Assembly (NCBI GenBank): GCA_016748015.1
Contig: JAAOMT010000430.1
Location: 1-42,702 of the forward strand
Origin: Geosiphon pyriformis uo1
Lineage: Eukaryota; Fungi; Glomeromycota
DNA: 42,702 nt
Reading direction: 5' to 3'
Every line of letters begins with the position of its first letter. Positions within the stretch are counted from its first letter, which is position 1. This document shows positions 1-13,200 of this stretch, in pieces. The translations under genes were made by a program, and so were the position numbers. A model generated the notes under the pieces. The model saw only the letters and a list, made by a program, of their open reading frames with translations. It was not told where the DNA came from and ran no database searches.

Positions 1-2
1 TG

Positions 3-213
3 GGAGATTTGAATAAAGAACATCTGCGAGACTCTAACCACTATGTCTAAAATATATCCGCGAAAGACACTGCCAATTTTGATCTGCAACGTCAGGGTAA
101 GAAAACAATAGAATTTGGCTATATACAGATGCAATCAATGTCTAAGCTTGGAGATTTGAATAAGAAACACCCGCGAGACTCCAACCACTACGCCTAAAAT
201 ATTATCAGCGAAA
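3..213 (+). repeat. Imperfect ~64-bp direct repeat (3-65 and 150-213) upstream of the secreted-protein gene
   Basis: ggagatttgaataaagaacatctgcgagactctaaccactatgtctaaaata-tatccgcgaaa vs ggagatttgaataagaaacacccgcgagactccaaccactacgcctaaaatattatcagcgaaa; both copies are followed shortly by ctgccaatttt. Confidence 0.9.
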
Positions 214-321
214 ATAAAATTTGGACATTAATTAGTTTCTGCCAATTTTATACAAACCGCAAACAGATTTCAATGACCCAAGTGAGTTTGAAGATGCGAA
301 TTTTCCGAAAGCAACTTTTCT

Positions 322-328
322 TATAAAA
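322..328 (+). promoter_or_regulatory. Putative TATA box
   Basis: TATAAAA ~90 bp upstream of ATG 417, followed by a pyrimidine-rich (CT) tract typical of fungal core promoters/5' UTRs. Confidence 0.55.
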
Positions 329-416
329 GAGACGCTCATTCTCTCCCCCTCACTCTTCACTCTTTACTCTTTAATCTTGACTTCTCTAATCTTCAAAATT
401 TTGAAATAAAGAAATC

Positions 417-728
417 ATGATAAATTACCTCAAAAAACTTATTGGACTCACTTTGATCCTATCAGTCTGTCTCTTTGCTTTATCTGGCGCTTTACCACAA
501 GACGGCGGTAAGAACAACGCCAATGGCAGCGGCGGAGACGGTGGCGGCGGCAACGGTGGCGGCGGCTACAATGTTGGCGTCGGCAATGGCAACGGTGGTA
601 GTGGCAGGGGCGGTAATGGCAATGGCGGGAAGGCTATCGGCGGCAATGGTGGTGTTCGTTACACCTACTATTGTAGGGCTAATTGTAAGGACGCCTGGTG
701 TTGTAATCAAGTAGCTGTCTATGATTAG
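417..728 (+). CDS. Small secreted glycine-rich protein with C-terminal 4-Cys motif (103 aa)
   Basis: Intact single-exon ORF; basic N-terminus plus hydrophobic core ending SGA/LP (signal-peptide-like); G/N-rich GGNG repeats; tail YYCRANCKDAWCCNQ; many CpGs retained, unlike the surrounding DNA; TATA upstream and AATAAA downstream. Confidence 0.88.
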   Translation: MINYLKKLIGLTLILSVCLFALSGALPQDGGKNNANGSGGDGGGGNGGGGYNVGVGNGNGGSGRGGNGNGGKAIGGNGGVRYTYYCRANCKDAWCCNQVAVYD

Positions 729-797
729 GAATTATCATAATGTCTTATACTTAAATTATTTATTGAGCTTGATTTATCAAAATTCTTTAAAATTTTT

Positions 798-803
798 AAT
801 AAA
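798..803 (+). terminator. Possible polyadenylation signal AATAAA
   Basis: Lies 70 bp after the stop codon; weak evidence because the region is AT-rich. Confidence 0.3.
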
Positions 804-1102
804 GCAGTGGCCATAGTTAATATTAGTAGCAATGCTTTAAAGTTTCGTTAATGTCTCCTTTTCTTCCTCTTTACAAATTTAGAAATACACTAGCTCAATT
901 AATAGTTAAATGCTGACAATAAGACCAGTTATTTTCTAAATTTCTGCATTGATAATTCCGCTTGATGTAATGAAATATGTCTAAGCAATAAAATATCTTC
1001 AATCTTTTGACATCTTTATATTTCCTATATATCATGTTTTAGCATAAATAAAAGTTAAATTGTTGAAAATAAGAATTGGGTCTTTTAGTTCAAAACCCGA
1101 AA

Positions 1103-3200
1103 TGTTACATATCTTTTGTTTTTAACTTTAAAAAATTATCATCTTTTTAGTCAGAGTATTGAGTATTAGTATTTTAATCATGTATTAACCACTGATTTTA
1201 TATAGTTAGCCACCTTATTTTTAAAATTGGTTGACTTGATTGTTGACTCAATTATTGATATAATTAATAATTTAATTATTTATTCTTTTTATTAGCTATA
1301 TACGCAAGACTTTATAATGCTATAAAATAGTATTTATTAACCAGAAAAGTTTAGTTTTAAAATTATTTTGAAATCCCTTTTAATATTTGTATTATTATTA
1401 AAATTAACTTACAAAGTAAATCACTTGCTGTTATAATTTATTAAATAAATTATTAAAATTAAATAATATCTGTTATTAAATTTTAAGCATACCAATTTAA
1501 ACATAAAATATAACGATTCTGCTATTTTTTATTAACAATACCAAAGTAATTTTCAAATTTTTTAAAGAAATTAGTAACTGCAATTTCAAGACTGATTGCT
1601 TAAATTACTTGTTAAAATATTTCTTCTTAAATTTATATTGTTTTTAATTATTTACTTTTGATTATTTATTAGTGGATTATTTTAATCAATAAAATAAAAG
1701 TAATAATCTTTGTAAAATCATCAAAAGTTATTTTCTTATTTATTATATAACAAATTACATATTTTTGTTCTAAGAAACAAAAATTTATTTTATGACTTTT
1801 CTTAAAAATAATTTAAACAAATTGAAAGTCATTCTTTATACTCAATTTGCTTTCTACTTGAATAAAAATTTAATAAAGAATTTTGAAAATTTTGAAACTG
1901 ATTTTTTATTGAAAATTCAGCTGACATTTATACTGCTTATTTAGTTTACTTTTTAATGAAATCTATTTTGAAAACAACAAAAGTAATTAATTACTTTATT
2001 CGATTAACCAATAACTATTTAATTTTGAATACTTAAACAATTAAATTTATATATGTATAGCTACTTATTAATTATTCGAATTTTTTTTAAACCAGAAAAA
2101 AAAGCTATTAAACAACTTTTATTTTGACTTTTTTAAAAAAATCTGAAATTTTAAAAACTTTTATATATAAATTTATGATTATTGTAAATAACAATATATT
2201 GCGAGTTTTTTAAAACATAAAAGTTATTTCAATTAATACAAGAATATATTAATTTTATCTTTAGAATAATTTAGTTAAATGAAATAAGAAATTGTTTTTG
2301 TTAACTAATTAATAAAAATTACAAGCTCTAAATTATTGGTAAGTATTCTTAGCTACATAGATTTTTCAAAATACTGTAAATAACACTAAAAAATAATTTA
2401 TTGGGTTTTTATTAATACAAATAAAAATAAGGCATTCAAGACCTTGATAAAATTATAATTAAGCATGTCAAAAGAATTCAAAAATTAAACTTAAAAAAAT
2501 TGAATTAAAAAACAAGAAATATTTTATCCTTAAAAATCTAAAATCAATTTATTATACACTTTTTGGTTTCATTTTGCTTTAATTTTTGCTTTAGCTTTTG
2601 TTTTTTAAATAGCCACCAAATTTTTTTATGTATAAACATAAAATTTAAGTAAACAGATGAACTAATAATTTTGTTTGATTATTGATAATATTTGCCCAAA
2701 TAGTCTTCAAAAATAAAAAACTTCAAAATAAACTTTAATAGAAACAATAGTTACAACTCTATTTTAATTATAAACAACGAAATTTCGGTTTTTTAATTTA
2801 TTATTATTGTTAAATGCTTTTAAAAACAATTCAAAAAATATATAAATTTTTAATTTTAACCAATAATTAATGTTTATAATAATAATAATAATATCTTAAA
2901 ATTGCCAAAATTATATTTGGTCAAATTAATGAAATGTGCATCAAAAACAACATAATATATTTGAAAAAAAACTATATAATAATTATTAACAATAAAAAAA
3001 TCAAGAAAGCCAAGACTTTATTAATTTACAAGTTATATAACTTTATTATTTGCTACAAAAAACAATTTATTGTAATTACATATCAATTTTAAAAATAAAA
3101 TAGTAATATTAGTAACTAATTTATAATTAATATAAAAAAAGAATTAAATCATAATATTTTTTTTCAAAAAAATCAAAAATTTTTTAATTTTTATATAAAA
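1103..3200 (+). mobile_element. Heavily decayed Ty3/gypsy relic A0 (family-A related): 5' LTR ~1103-1694, PBS remnant, gag and protease remnants
   Basis: Starts TGTTAC; 1177-1310 (catgtattaaccactgattttatatagttagccaccttatttt) matches LTR 20429-20570; taaaagtaataatctttgtaaaa at 1695 matches the post-LTR sequence at 21083; 2080-2140 and 2420-2680 match A2 gag (21490-21560, 21960-22350). Right end is uncertain. Confidence 0.75.
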
Positions 3201-4948
3201 GCTTTTTATTAATAAAAAAAAGTATTTTAGCAGTTATACATTTGTATATATATATTTTTATTTTGCTGTCAATTTTTTGTCTTTTTGTAGTTTTTTATAA
3301 ATTTATAACAATATAGATTTAAATTTTTTCTATCATTGTAATTTGTTTTCCAATGGTAAACAGAGAATTAAAATGGTTTTTTATTTAGCTCTTGTAAAAA
3401 ATATTAAAAGAATTTAAAATACTTTTATTAAAAAAATACTTTATTTTAAATAAAAATATATGTGTTTTGGAACTTAAAACGTTTTATTATATATATTTTT
3501 CTATTAATTAATGTCTTAAGTATAAAAATAACAAGCAACCAATTTGGTTGTTTATAATAATTTTATAAGATATATGAACTATGATTCAATGTTATATTAA
3601 TATAAATGGTCTTTTTCAGTGATTGGAAGATTTATGGTGATAAATTTTATCTCTATTAAAAAAAATTCCAAGATTAAGGCTTTTAAAGAATTGAAAATTT
3701 TTTCCAAGTTTTTTTGTTCTATAGCGTTTTGCAAATTTTTTTTCTAGTTTTCTCATTTTTAAAAAATTAACGTTTTATTTATAGACTTGCTATGATAAAT
3801 CTCAAAAATTTTAACATCTTTTCAACTTTATTCCCAGTAGAACAATTCTTAGAATTAATATTTTAACACTTTTTATCGAGTTTAGTAATATGACACTGTT
3901 AGAAAATAACTTTTAAATAGACAATTTGTTAGTGTTGTTAGTGGATTTTTGGATAAGTGTTTAGCATATGCATCATTATTATTATCATTATAAGAGTTGA
4001 AATATGCCAATCTTTAATACAGTATATTGTAGTAGATCTTGGTGAAGATTACTTTTGGAGGGCCATCTTTCATGATAAATTAATATAATTTTAAATAGAA
4101 AAACTGCCCAATCAAAAAAAATCACTCAATCTGACCACTACTGAATTATACTTTTTTTGTTTTAATAAAACAATTCATTATTATCTGGAAATAATATGAT
4201 TGTGTTATCTTTTACAAGTGACTGACCTCGGTAAAGAAATATTATACAATAAGCTCATAGTAACTTTTAAAATATTATTGGCCATATCTCTAATAAAAAT
4301 ATTCTAATGCAGTGTTTGTTCTGCAATCTCATTCTTATCAGGCTTCCAACTGTTATAAACTCAATATATCCCCATTAATAATCTCTTTTCATAATTTACC
4401 GGATTTTTTTGCTTAGTACAAAACACACATGAACATGTAAAATATAAAAGCTCATAACCTTTTCCATGTTTCATTAAAAAGATAATATTTTGTCATCTTT
4501 CTGATCGTCCATCTCCCTCTTTTTATTAGCATTGTTTTTCGAAATTGCAGATGAATGTAAATTTCCCAAAAGGAAGATCTTGTAGTGCTGCTCGAATTGC
4601 AGATATAATCACATTTGGCAACATAAGTGTCTTTTTTTAATTATCAGATTTGAATATTGGATTATTCCAAGCATCATTTTTCTATTAATAGAAAAGCAAA
4701 TTACATTTGGATTTTCCTAATCTCTGAGAATTAAATTTATTAGGAATAAAATATTCATAAAAATTATTCAGAAAAGACGCTTCTTATAAATTTTTACATC
4801 CATAAAATTTTAAATTTTTCGATACAAGAATTTCGTAACAAAAAATAAAGTTATTTCTTAAATATATTAAATTGATTAGATATCGAAATTCCAATCTTTT
4901 CAATATTAATTCAGACGCCTGCATTATCTTGACTTGTTAAAACTTTAC

Positions 4949-4990
<42 letters not shown>
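4949..4990. repeat. Microsatellite (TAT)14
   Basis: Perfect 42-bp trinucleotide run. Confidence 0.97.
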
Positions 4991-5249
4991 CATGTATCTT
5001 TAATAGCACTTTCTCTTTAATGAAAGCTTCATCAGTGACAAATTCTCAATATTAAGAGTTTCTTAACTTTGATGAAAAATTTGTTTTTCTGCACTAATTT
5101 TTTCAAAAAAACAACCATGACTTCATCTGAAAAATATCTTTTGACAGAGAATACTATGGTCGAGGTAAATCTTCAAAAAAACTAAATGTCTTATAAAATA
5201 CTCTTTAAATATTGATTAAAATTTTTTCATAATCTACCAATTATGAAAC

Positions 5250-6620
5250 AAGAATGATTTTCCAAGACAAAACCTCAATAAGGACAATAATAATTTAATT
5301 ATTGGTGATGATAATTTGGCTCAATTATGTCCAAATGGCAACCAATTTTAATTTTTTGCATTACAGTTAATATTATTGATCAAAAATGCTTTTTGCTACC
5401 AAAAACAGATTATGTTACGGGAAAATGGAATACGACATAAATTTTATCATCGTTATACATATAAAACTTGATAATTTTTTTTTAATAAAGAGACTATAAT
5501 AAGTTTGGGAGCAAATGAGATCCAAAAATTCTTTCCGGGTAAAAATAAGCAAATAATTTTATGTTGATTACCTCTCTTGGAGTGATAAATATTATTTTAA
5601 TGTTTCTAGCTTTGTAAAAAATAATAATTTGCCTAGGCTTAAAATTATCGAATTTGACTTTAGGAATGGCAAGTTTTTTTTAGCAAAAAACTTAAAAAGA
5701 TTAAATCTTTCATCTCGGGACTCAATTAATGTTTCAATCTAGTAGTTTTTGATTGTTTTTTAAAAAAATTATGACTATTGTCGCTGGAGCTAGATATTTA
5801 ATTCAAACCAGCGATAAAATGATTAAAAAAGATTGTAGCAAATTAATTGATAAAATGTTTAAAAAAGAAAGTATTTTTTTAGCAAAAATCCAATACATAT
5901 TTAAATTTTACTAGTTACTAAAAAACTTTTTAAATAATCTTACCAATATTTTCATAATTATGTTTTCTTTTAAATTTTATCAATGGAAAAAAAGTACATT
6001 TTAAAAGAGTTCATTCCATAAAGGTCTTATAATTAGAATCAGAAGAATCAAATTTAAAAAACTTGACTGAAAAATTCCACAATTATAACAAGTGTGAAAA
6101 TTATTTGGGAAATAGCCAAGTTTTCAATTTATAATAGAGTAGAAACCAATTTCTAATGTTATGAATGAGTTTCTTAAATTGATTAATTTAGATTCTTTAC
6201 AGAAGCTAATTAATGAATGCTGAAATGACTCAAGGAAAATTAGCTAGTGTTATTTAAGAAAGTAGATACGAAAGCGGAAGCTTGGAAATAAATTAATTGC
6301 CGGATTTTTTTTAATAAGAATTGGTTTCAAAAATAATGATTTAATTAATTTGGTTTTATCGGGCTTGTTGAGAATTTACTCAACTAAGAGAGCCTTAATT
6401 CCTGTACATTTTGAATTTGATATTAAAAATATTTTTTAAAAGTGATCAGGGGCAGAGAAGACCATCTGCAAGCTTAGAACTAGATTATTTACTCTTTACT
6501 TTTTGACAAAATTTTTATTCTAGATCTCTTACTGGCTGAGGAATTATTGACTGTTATCCGATCTTCTAATAATTCCGATTACCTACACTTCAGAGCATAT
6601 CAAAAAAATTTTAATCACAA
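5250..6620 (+). pseudogene. Possible decayed LRR-like host gene
   Basis: Short translatable pieces with LxxLxL-like pattern (LPRLKIIEFDF ~5628, KNLKRLNLSS ~5686, LDSLQKLI ~6188) among many stops and frameshifts; CpGs partly retained. Confidence 0.3.
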
Positions 6621-6934
6621 ATTTATTTTTATTAATGCAGTATAATTTATTAGAATTAAATATGAGAAAGCGCTATTTGATAGCTAAAAAATAGAGAAGA
6701 ATATTAGTGATAAAGTCTTTGATTCATACTTCTACCTATAACAAAACATACTTGTAAAAAATATTTTATAGAGATAATCATAGTTGTCAAACCAAAAGGC
6801 CTTATATGACATTTTTTTTTCTTATTTGTGTGAAATGCACTTCTTTCAAGTTGTTTAATATTTTGGAGATGGCTAATTCTGATGTTATAAGTTTCCCCTT
6901 GAAAATCCACATTTCTCTTAATGTTTCATTTCTA

Positions 6935-7230
6935 ATGCGTGTAATATGGATGAAATGAATTCGCAACGCATAGCTTCATTGCAATCTGACATCATTTTTC
7001 TGGTTTGTCACTATATCAGTATTATGTTCACTATACAGTCCTTGATTGCTTCATCTTTGTCATCAATTTCCTGGAATATTGCAAAAAAAAAGGTTATGGT
7101 TTAATATGCTTCATATAATCTATTTTGAGGAGTCATCATCTTACCTGGGTTAAATTGCTTAATGTTCATTAGTTCTTCACTAAATACTTTGTGACTTCTT
7201 TCAGTTTTTTCACTTTTTATATGACTAGAG
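6935..7230 (-). pseudogene. Fragment of Crinkler-type (CRN) C-terminal domain gene with an intron remnant
   Basis: Minus strand reads ...NIKQFNP | GTAAG intron starting 7144 | EIDDKDEAIKDCIVNIILI**QTRKMMSDCNEAMRCEFISSILHA. The NEAMRCE(F/Y)IS.ILHA motif is recalled from the expanded Glomeromycotina CRN-like family. Stops and truncation are present. Confidence 0.6.
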
Positions 7231-8039
7231 CTTCTCACCTTTTGTTTATTAAGGTTTAGCAGCAAATGCCACAAGTGTTATACCTATTCATATTGCGAAA
7301 CTACATTTTCAAAATTTGGCCTCAGTTATTTCAAGGAGAAAAATATTAGAAATTCTCTCCTGCATAAAAATCTTAAAATCAAATTCTTTGACATCTAAAT
7401 CTTGTCTTTGTAAATGGTTTATAAGTTCTTCTATCTTATAATTTTTAACTGGGTTAATCATCATGTGAGTTTACTTTTCTTCCGTTAACGCAGAAGAAAT
7501 AGAAATTGGCAAAGAGAGGCGGGTGAGGAAACATGTGAAGATATAATTTTATTTTTATTTTGACGTATGATGCTAAAAATCTAATTTTTGCACAGTTATA
7601 GGAATTTAGATAATTAGAATATCCAATTAATTTTTTCACATGATATGCGTAAACATTATCCAAGTAGTGACAATTAAACAATGCCCCAGTAAAAACAAAA
7701 AGAATACCAGTGAAAACAAGGATCCCTAAATTAATAAACTTGTTAAAGCTAGAGCTGGTTCGACTATACAACAAAAACTTTAAAAAAAAAGTTCAGGACA
7801 AGGACTTTGTAAATACCAATATCAATACATGTGATACATATAAAAAAAAACCAGAAATCCCCTGAAAACGGAATTAACTTATGGTAAAGTAGACTTATTA
7901 TGAGCATTGTTTTATAGGAAAAATAAATTTTCAAGACCTTGACTCCAATGCTAGTGAATCTACACAAGACCAATATGTTAGAAAAAAGTAAGTTAAAGCA
8001 TGGATTACGAGTAAAAAAGATTATACTTTAATTATATCA

Positions 8040-8387
8040 AACAAAGAAGTCAAGAAGTGAAGTTCGCAACAAATTATTAAATTTTTTGAAAAAAAAAGAT
8101 GAATTGTACTTTATAAAAGAAGATATCAATCTGATTAAGAATGATAGGGTTGCTAGTTAAGATTTTCTGCTGTTAACTAAAGAAAATTTTATGCAATATG
8201 GCTTAAATGGAGGACCAATGAAAAAGATTTTTCAGTTGGTTAAAGAATTCAAAGGCAAAAAGAAAGATAATTAGTAAGCAAATAATGCACAATCATTTGT
8301 AAAAATGTGATGGTTGACAGTGCATTAGTTGTTTAAAATATGATGTTCTGCAGTACTTACTAACTTTTGGCTTCATTTTCAAACAAG
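8040..8387 (+). pseudogene. SAM-domain exon of a decayed gene plus downstream intron (8274-~8387)
   Basis: KEVKK*SSQQIIKFFEKK/DELYFIKEDINLIKNDRVAS*DFLLLTKENFMQYGLNGGPMKKIFQLVKEFK fits the SAM consensus (W...V..FL ... G..FL.LT...L..G...GP..I). GTAAGC donor at 8274, TACTAAC branch point at 8358-8364; two stops and a poly-A frameshift. Confidence 0.75.
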
Positions 8388-10180
8388 TGACAAGAAATAA
8401 AAATGTTGTTAAAATCTTTTTAATTAAAATAAATTTATCAACATTAAAGATTTTTTATTATAGATTTTTATAAGCCTGATTTTATAGAGAAAACCAATAG
8501 AAATAAAATTGGTAATTATGAAAAATTAAAAGTTTTATTTTTTAAATTTTAAGAGCATAAAAACTGGTTTGAGCCCATGATAAAGTAACTGTTTATTTAT
8601 AGCTTTGTTTTGTTTCATTTTAATCTTCCTTTTAAATATTAATATAAATAATTTATTAATTTGATTTTAAAAAATATATAATATATAAAAATAGTCAATT
8701 ATTTTATTTTTAATAAACGCAAAAAGCAAAATTGACAAAATTTGAATTCTAATTTATTCATTTATTTATTTATTTATTTATTTCACAACATCGAACAGAA
8801 CAAAATCAAGACACCATAAAGTTAAATAATAAAATTTAAATTGAGCTCATAAAGAGTTAATTAAAAGTATAATATTATAGGCGAAAGTATGTTGATAATA
8901 ATAACCAAATCGAAAATGATTTTATTAGATATTTAATTTAATCAAGCATGAAATTTCTCATTTGGATGAAGAATATCTGAAATACCAATTCCAAGATATT
9001 TGTTCACAAGATTGACACTGTTACCCTAGACATAAAAAATTCGGAGCATCAATATTTAAAACATATAACAGATAGCAGGCTCGATATATTTTTTAGATCG
9101 TGATTATGGTATATTCTGCGGGTTGGCTATTAAAAATAATGATTAAAAAAATTAGAAGCTATTTTAGGCTCTAAATTTAGTTTAAATTTATTTATAGACT
9201 CAAATCCATACATAAAATTAAATTTATTTAAGAATAAAAATATTGGTTGGAGAATTTTATTTGAAACAAATATTTTTTTGATAATAAAATCAATTTTTGA
9301 AAATTTGAAATAGTTTTATTTGGTTTATTCAAGACTTTCCGACTTTAAAATAATTTTATTGAAATACTATTAAGTATAAATTTCTTTTATAATACAATAA
9401 AAGAGTTTAAAATAGTTAATTCTCATTTCTATTTAATGATTAAAACTCAGTATCAAGCAACAAAACTAATTCAAACTGTATTACAAGCTTCATCATCTTA
9501 AATAAAATTTCTTTCAATAATGAATAAAATTCTTATAAGTCTAATGTAATTCTGAGAATTTTTCTCAACAAACTTTTTACGGATAAGATGAATTGTAGAC
9601 ATTTCTTTTACATTCAGAAGTTATCTACATTAGTTATGTCATTATCAACCTTCGAATATCCTGTTTGTCTTTCTTGTCTTATTCACAATTGACTTTAATT
9701 TCAAAAAACTTAAATGACGAATTTAATTTTAACCCTCTATTAATTCTAACTTTCATTTGCTTATGTTTAAGAAGTTTTTGGTCAATGTTTTAGGTCAAGC
9801 CAATTTAACCTTTGGAAATGACATTGGTGATAGTATTTTAGTTGGTATTGTTTCATTTGAAAATGGAGGTAGCATTTTATTAGATGAACCTCCATATATC
9901 AAAATGTCCAATGGTTCATTCTAAATGATAGTAAAGGTTTATTTTCAAATAAACCTCTATCATCGAATGTTTGGGAATAAAAAAATTCAAAACAATAACA
10001 GCAATTATCAATGCCAACAACGTATTAAAAATTTAAATGTTGTAATTGTTTTTATTTTATTAGAATATAATGGTAAATCAAATATCATTGATAAATACTT
10101 TGGAAAATTTTGTTAGAAAAATAAAATCAACCAAAATGCAACAATTTTACATAGATAAATATTATTAATAGTTTGGTATG

Positions 10181-10222
<42 letters not shown>
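10181..10222. repeat. Microsatellite (ATA)14
   Basis: Perfect 42-bp trinucleotide run. Confidence 0.97.
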
Positions 10223-10259
10223 GTAATAAATTAATATAATTGCATAAAAAAATAATTTT

Positions 10260-13200
10260 TATTAAGTACTCTAGTTAAAACATAATAATAATAGTACTTA
10301 AATTTTAACTTTACATAATCTTAATTTTAATCCAAGAATTTTTAAATGCACTCTTATACTGACTTTAAAAGAAATTTATTTATATGAAAATTCATTTAAC
10401 ATTATGTATTTATTGTTTTATAATTTATTTAATAATAATTTTTTGTTTTTTACGTAAACTTGCAATTTATTTATTTAGTTTAGTCAGTTTATGTATTTTT
10501 TCTGTAAAGTATTTAGCATTTGAACTAATTTTTTATTGTATTAAAAACATTAAAAAATCAATTTTTTAAGTTAATTTATAATATTAATATTGTAATATCT
10601 TTTAAGTTTTAATTCAATTAAATGAAATTTTTGCAAGTGCAACTTAACACTTTTTTTATTAATTATATCTAATATTAGCAATTTTTAATTATATTAAATG
10701 AAATAAATAAAATTTTTGGGTTAAATATTATTATTTAGCTTCAAATTTTATTTAGATCAAAATCTAATAAATTTAAATAAAAAACTGGAAAAATGAGTAA
10801 AAAATAAATAGTTTTAGTAAAAATTTAAAATTTAAAATTATCAAAAAAAAAGTTTAAATTTTTAAACAAATATTCAATTTTCAAAACAGTTTTATTACAA
10901 AACCTTAAACCAATATTTAAACTGTATATTGTTTTTTAAAAAATTATATATAGTATTATTAAATTCAATTATAAATATACTTACGATTAATTATAATATA
11001 AAAATAACCAAAAATACTTTGAAATACTTTAAAATACCAAAAAAAACTAGAAATATTAAAGTTGTTATAAAATATCTTATACTATTAAAAATTTGTATAA
11101 ATAAAAATAATTATAATTAAGAAAAAAAAACATTAAGAGATTAAATAATTAAAAAATAAAATCTGTTCTTTTTTTAAATTACATTCATCTATTATATTTT
11201 AATAAAGGGTTTTATATTAAATTTATAAATTTATAAATCCAAATTATTTTTATTATTTAATTATTCAATTTTTATTTATTAATATTTTGGATTAATAAAT
11301 TTTAATTATAATTATAAATAAAATATTAATTTTTTTTTGTTATTTATAAGTATAAAATTAAACTTATTAATAGTTTAAACAACTTTTTAAAAGTATTTTA
11401 TAAAGCCAAACTTCATAATAATTAAACAAATAATTATGGCTAATAATAATTCAACTGAATTTATATTTGTTATATAAAAACTCATTATAAAATCTTTAAA
11501 AACATTAAAAATTTTAGATATTTTAATTTTTAACAAGCACTAAATTATAAAAATTCACTAAAAATATGATTTATAACAATAATTATATTCAAAATTGAAA
11601 TATTTTTTAAAGTTAGAAGAATTTATAAGGTATATAACAAATTATTTTTTATTTTTTTATAAGAAAATACATTTTTTGTTTTTTAAATTGGTTTTATTTT
11701 TTTAATTAATTTGTAAATTATTTAAGCATATTCAATTATTATTTTTTTAAGTTTTGAATTTATAATTTAATTCTATTTTTTATTTCGAAATTAAGTTAAA
11801 AGTTTTAAACTTTTTTTTAAATTAGAATGTAAAAAATTTATTATTATAGTCTATATTTTTAAAAAACTATCAAATAATTTGTAGAATTACATTAATATTT
11901 ATTTTAAATAAATCATATTATAGAAAATCTTTAAAAGTATTTTTTAACAATTGAATAATTATTATTATGCTGATTAATTATTATTGTTTTCTTAATATTT
12001 TTTAATTATTATTGTTTTCTTAATATTTTTTAATTATTTAAATAGATTTATATTTTTTTAATAAAAAGCTAACAAAATATTATTGTCTGTAAAAATATTT
12101 GTGATAATTATTATATTAAATATAAAGATTCAAGATATAAAATTTAAATTATTTAAAATATTTTAAAAATAAAAATAATTTAATACAATATAATTTTTTT
12201 ATTTTTATAAATAATAAAATAATTTTTTTTATATTTAACATAAAAAATTTAATTGCTATCTAAAATACAAAAACAGATCACATGTTTTTAATTAAATATA
12301 ACTTACATATTTCTACATATAACCAATTACTTAAGTCAATTAAAAAATTATTATATTATTATCTGTATTATTATATTATTATTTATATTATTATATTATT
12401 ATCTAAAAACCTAATAAATAAATTATACTATATATATAATATAAATAAATCTATTTTTTTTTACAATAATTCAAAACTTAAATCTATAAAATTAAATTTA
12501 TTTCAGTGTTTTATTATCAATAAATATACAAAAATAATAAATTCTAAAACTGTTTTTTTAGTATTCTCAAAAACTAAAACAGTTTCTATATAAACTATTA
12601 TATATTTACTTAAAAACAACACAAATAAAACTAATAATAAAAAAACATAAATTTTTGTTAAAAATTTCTATATTTTAGATATAAAAATATAATGAGAAAT
12701 TTCTATTTTTGTATAGAATAAATACTAAATATTAAAATAAAATTTATAATAAAACTGCTTTTTAACTATTATAAAAGTTGTTTATATATTATTTTTATAA
12801 AATATATATATAAACTAGCTAAAACTTTACTTATAAACTAAATAATATATAAGAATTAAGATATTAAACTATTGAAAAATAAAGCCTATTTATATTTTTA
12901 AATAAAAATTTACTAATAATTTTTGAATTAAGTTTTATTTTTAATTTAAGTACAACAAATAGCAATATAAATATTATATACAAAATAATAAATATTATTA
13001 AAAATTGTAATTTTATTTACTAAAATAAACTATTTTTGAACAAAAACAGAAAAAAAGCAATTATATTAGTAAATATATTTATCTAATTATTATTATTTAA
13101 ATAGTTTTTAATTTTCGACCAAATAACCAAATTTTTTAAAAAATAATCAAATTAACTATATATTACTGTTTTTTCAGTAGTAATTATAAAAATCAAAAAA

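Noticed and set aside
475-714. Overlapping Ala/Val-rich ORFs 475-714 (+) and 492-710 (-)
   Set aside because: Alternative-frame shadows of the GGC-rich codons of the glycine-rich gene.
3700-4700. Possible coding remnants on both strands
   Set aside because: Only short peptides with no recognisable motif; cannot be assigned without a search.
8940-9930. Two moderately GC-richer patches that may be decayed exons
   Set aside because: Multiple stops and no motif I can identify with confidence.
6704-12593. Short I/L/F/K/N/Y-rich ORFs in the ORF track (6704, 7454, 7764, 9925, 10384, 10929, 12282)
   Set aside because: Expected by chance in very AT-rich DNA; the hydrophobicity reflects base composition.
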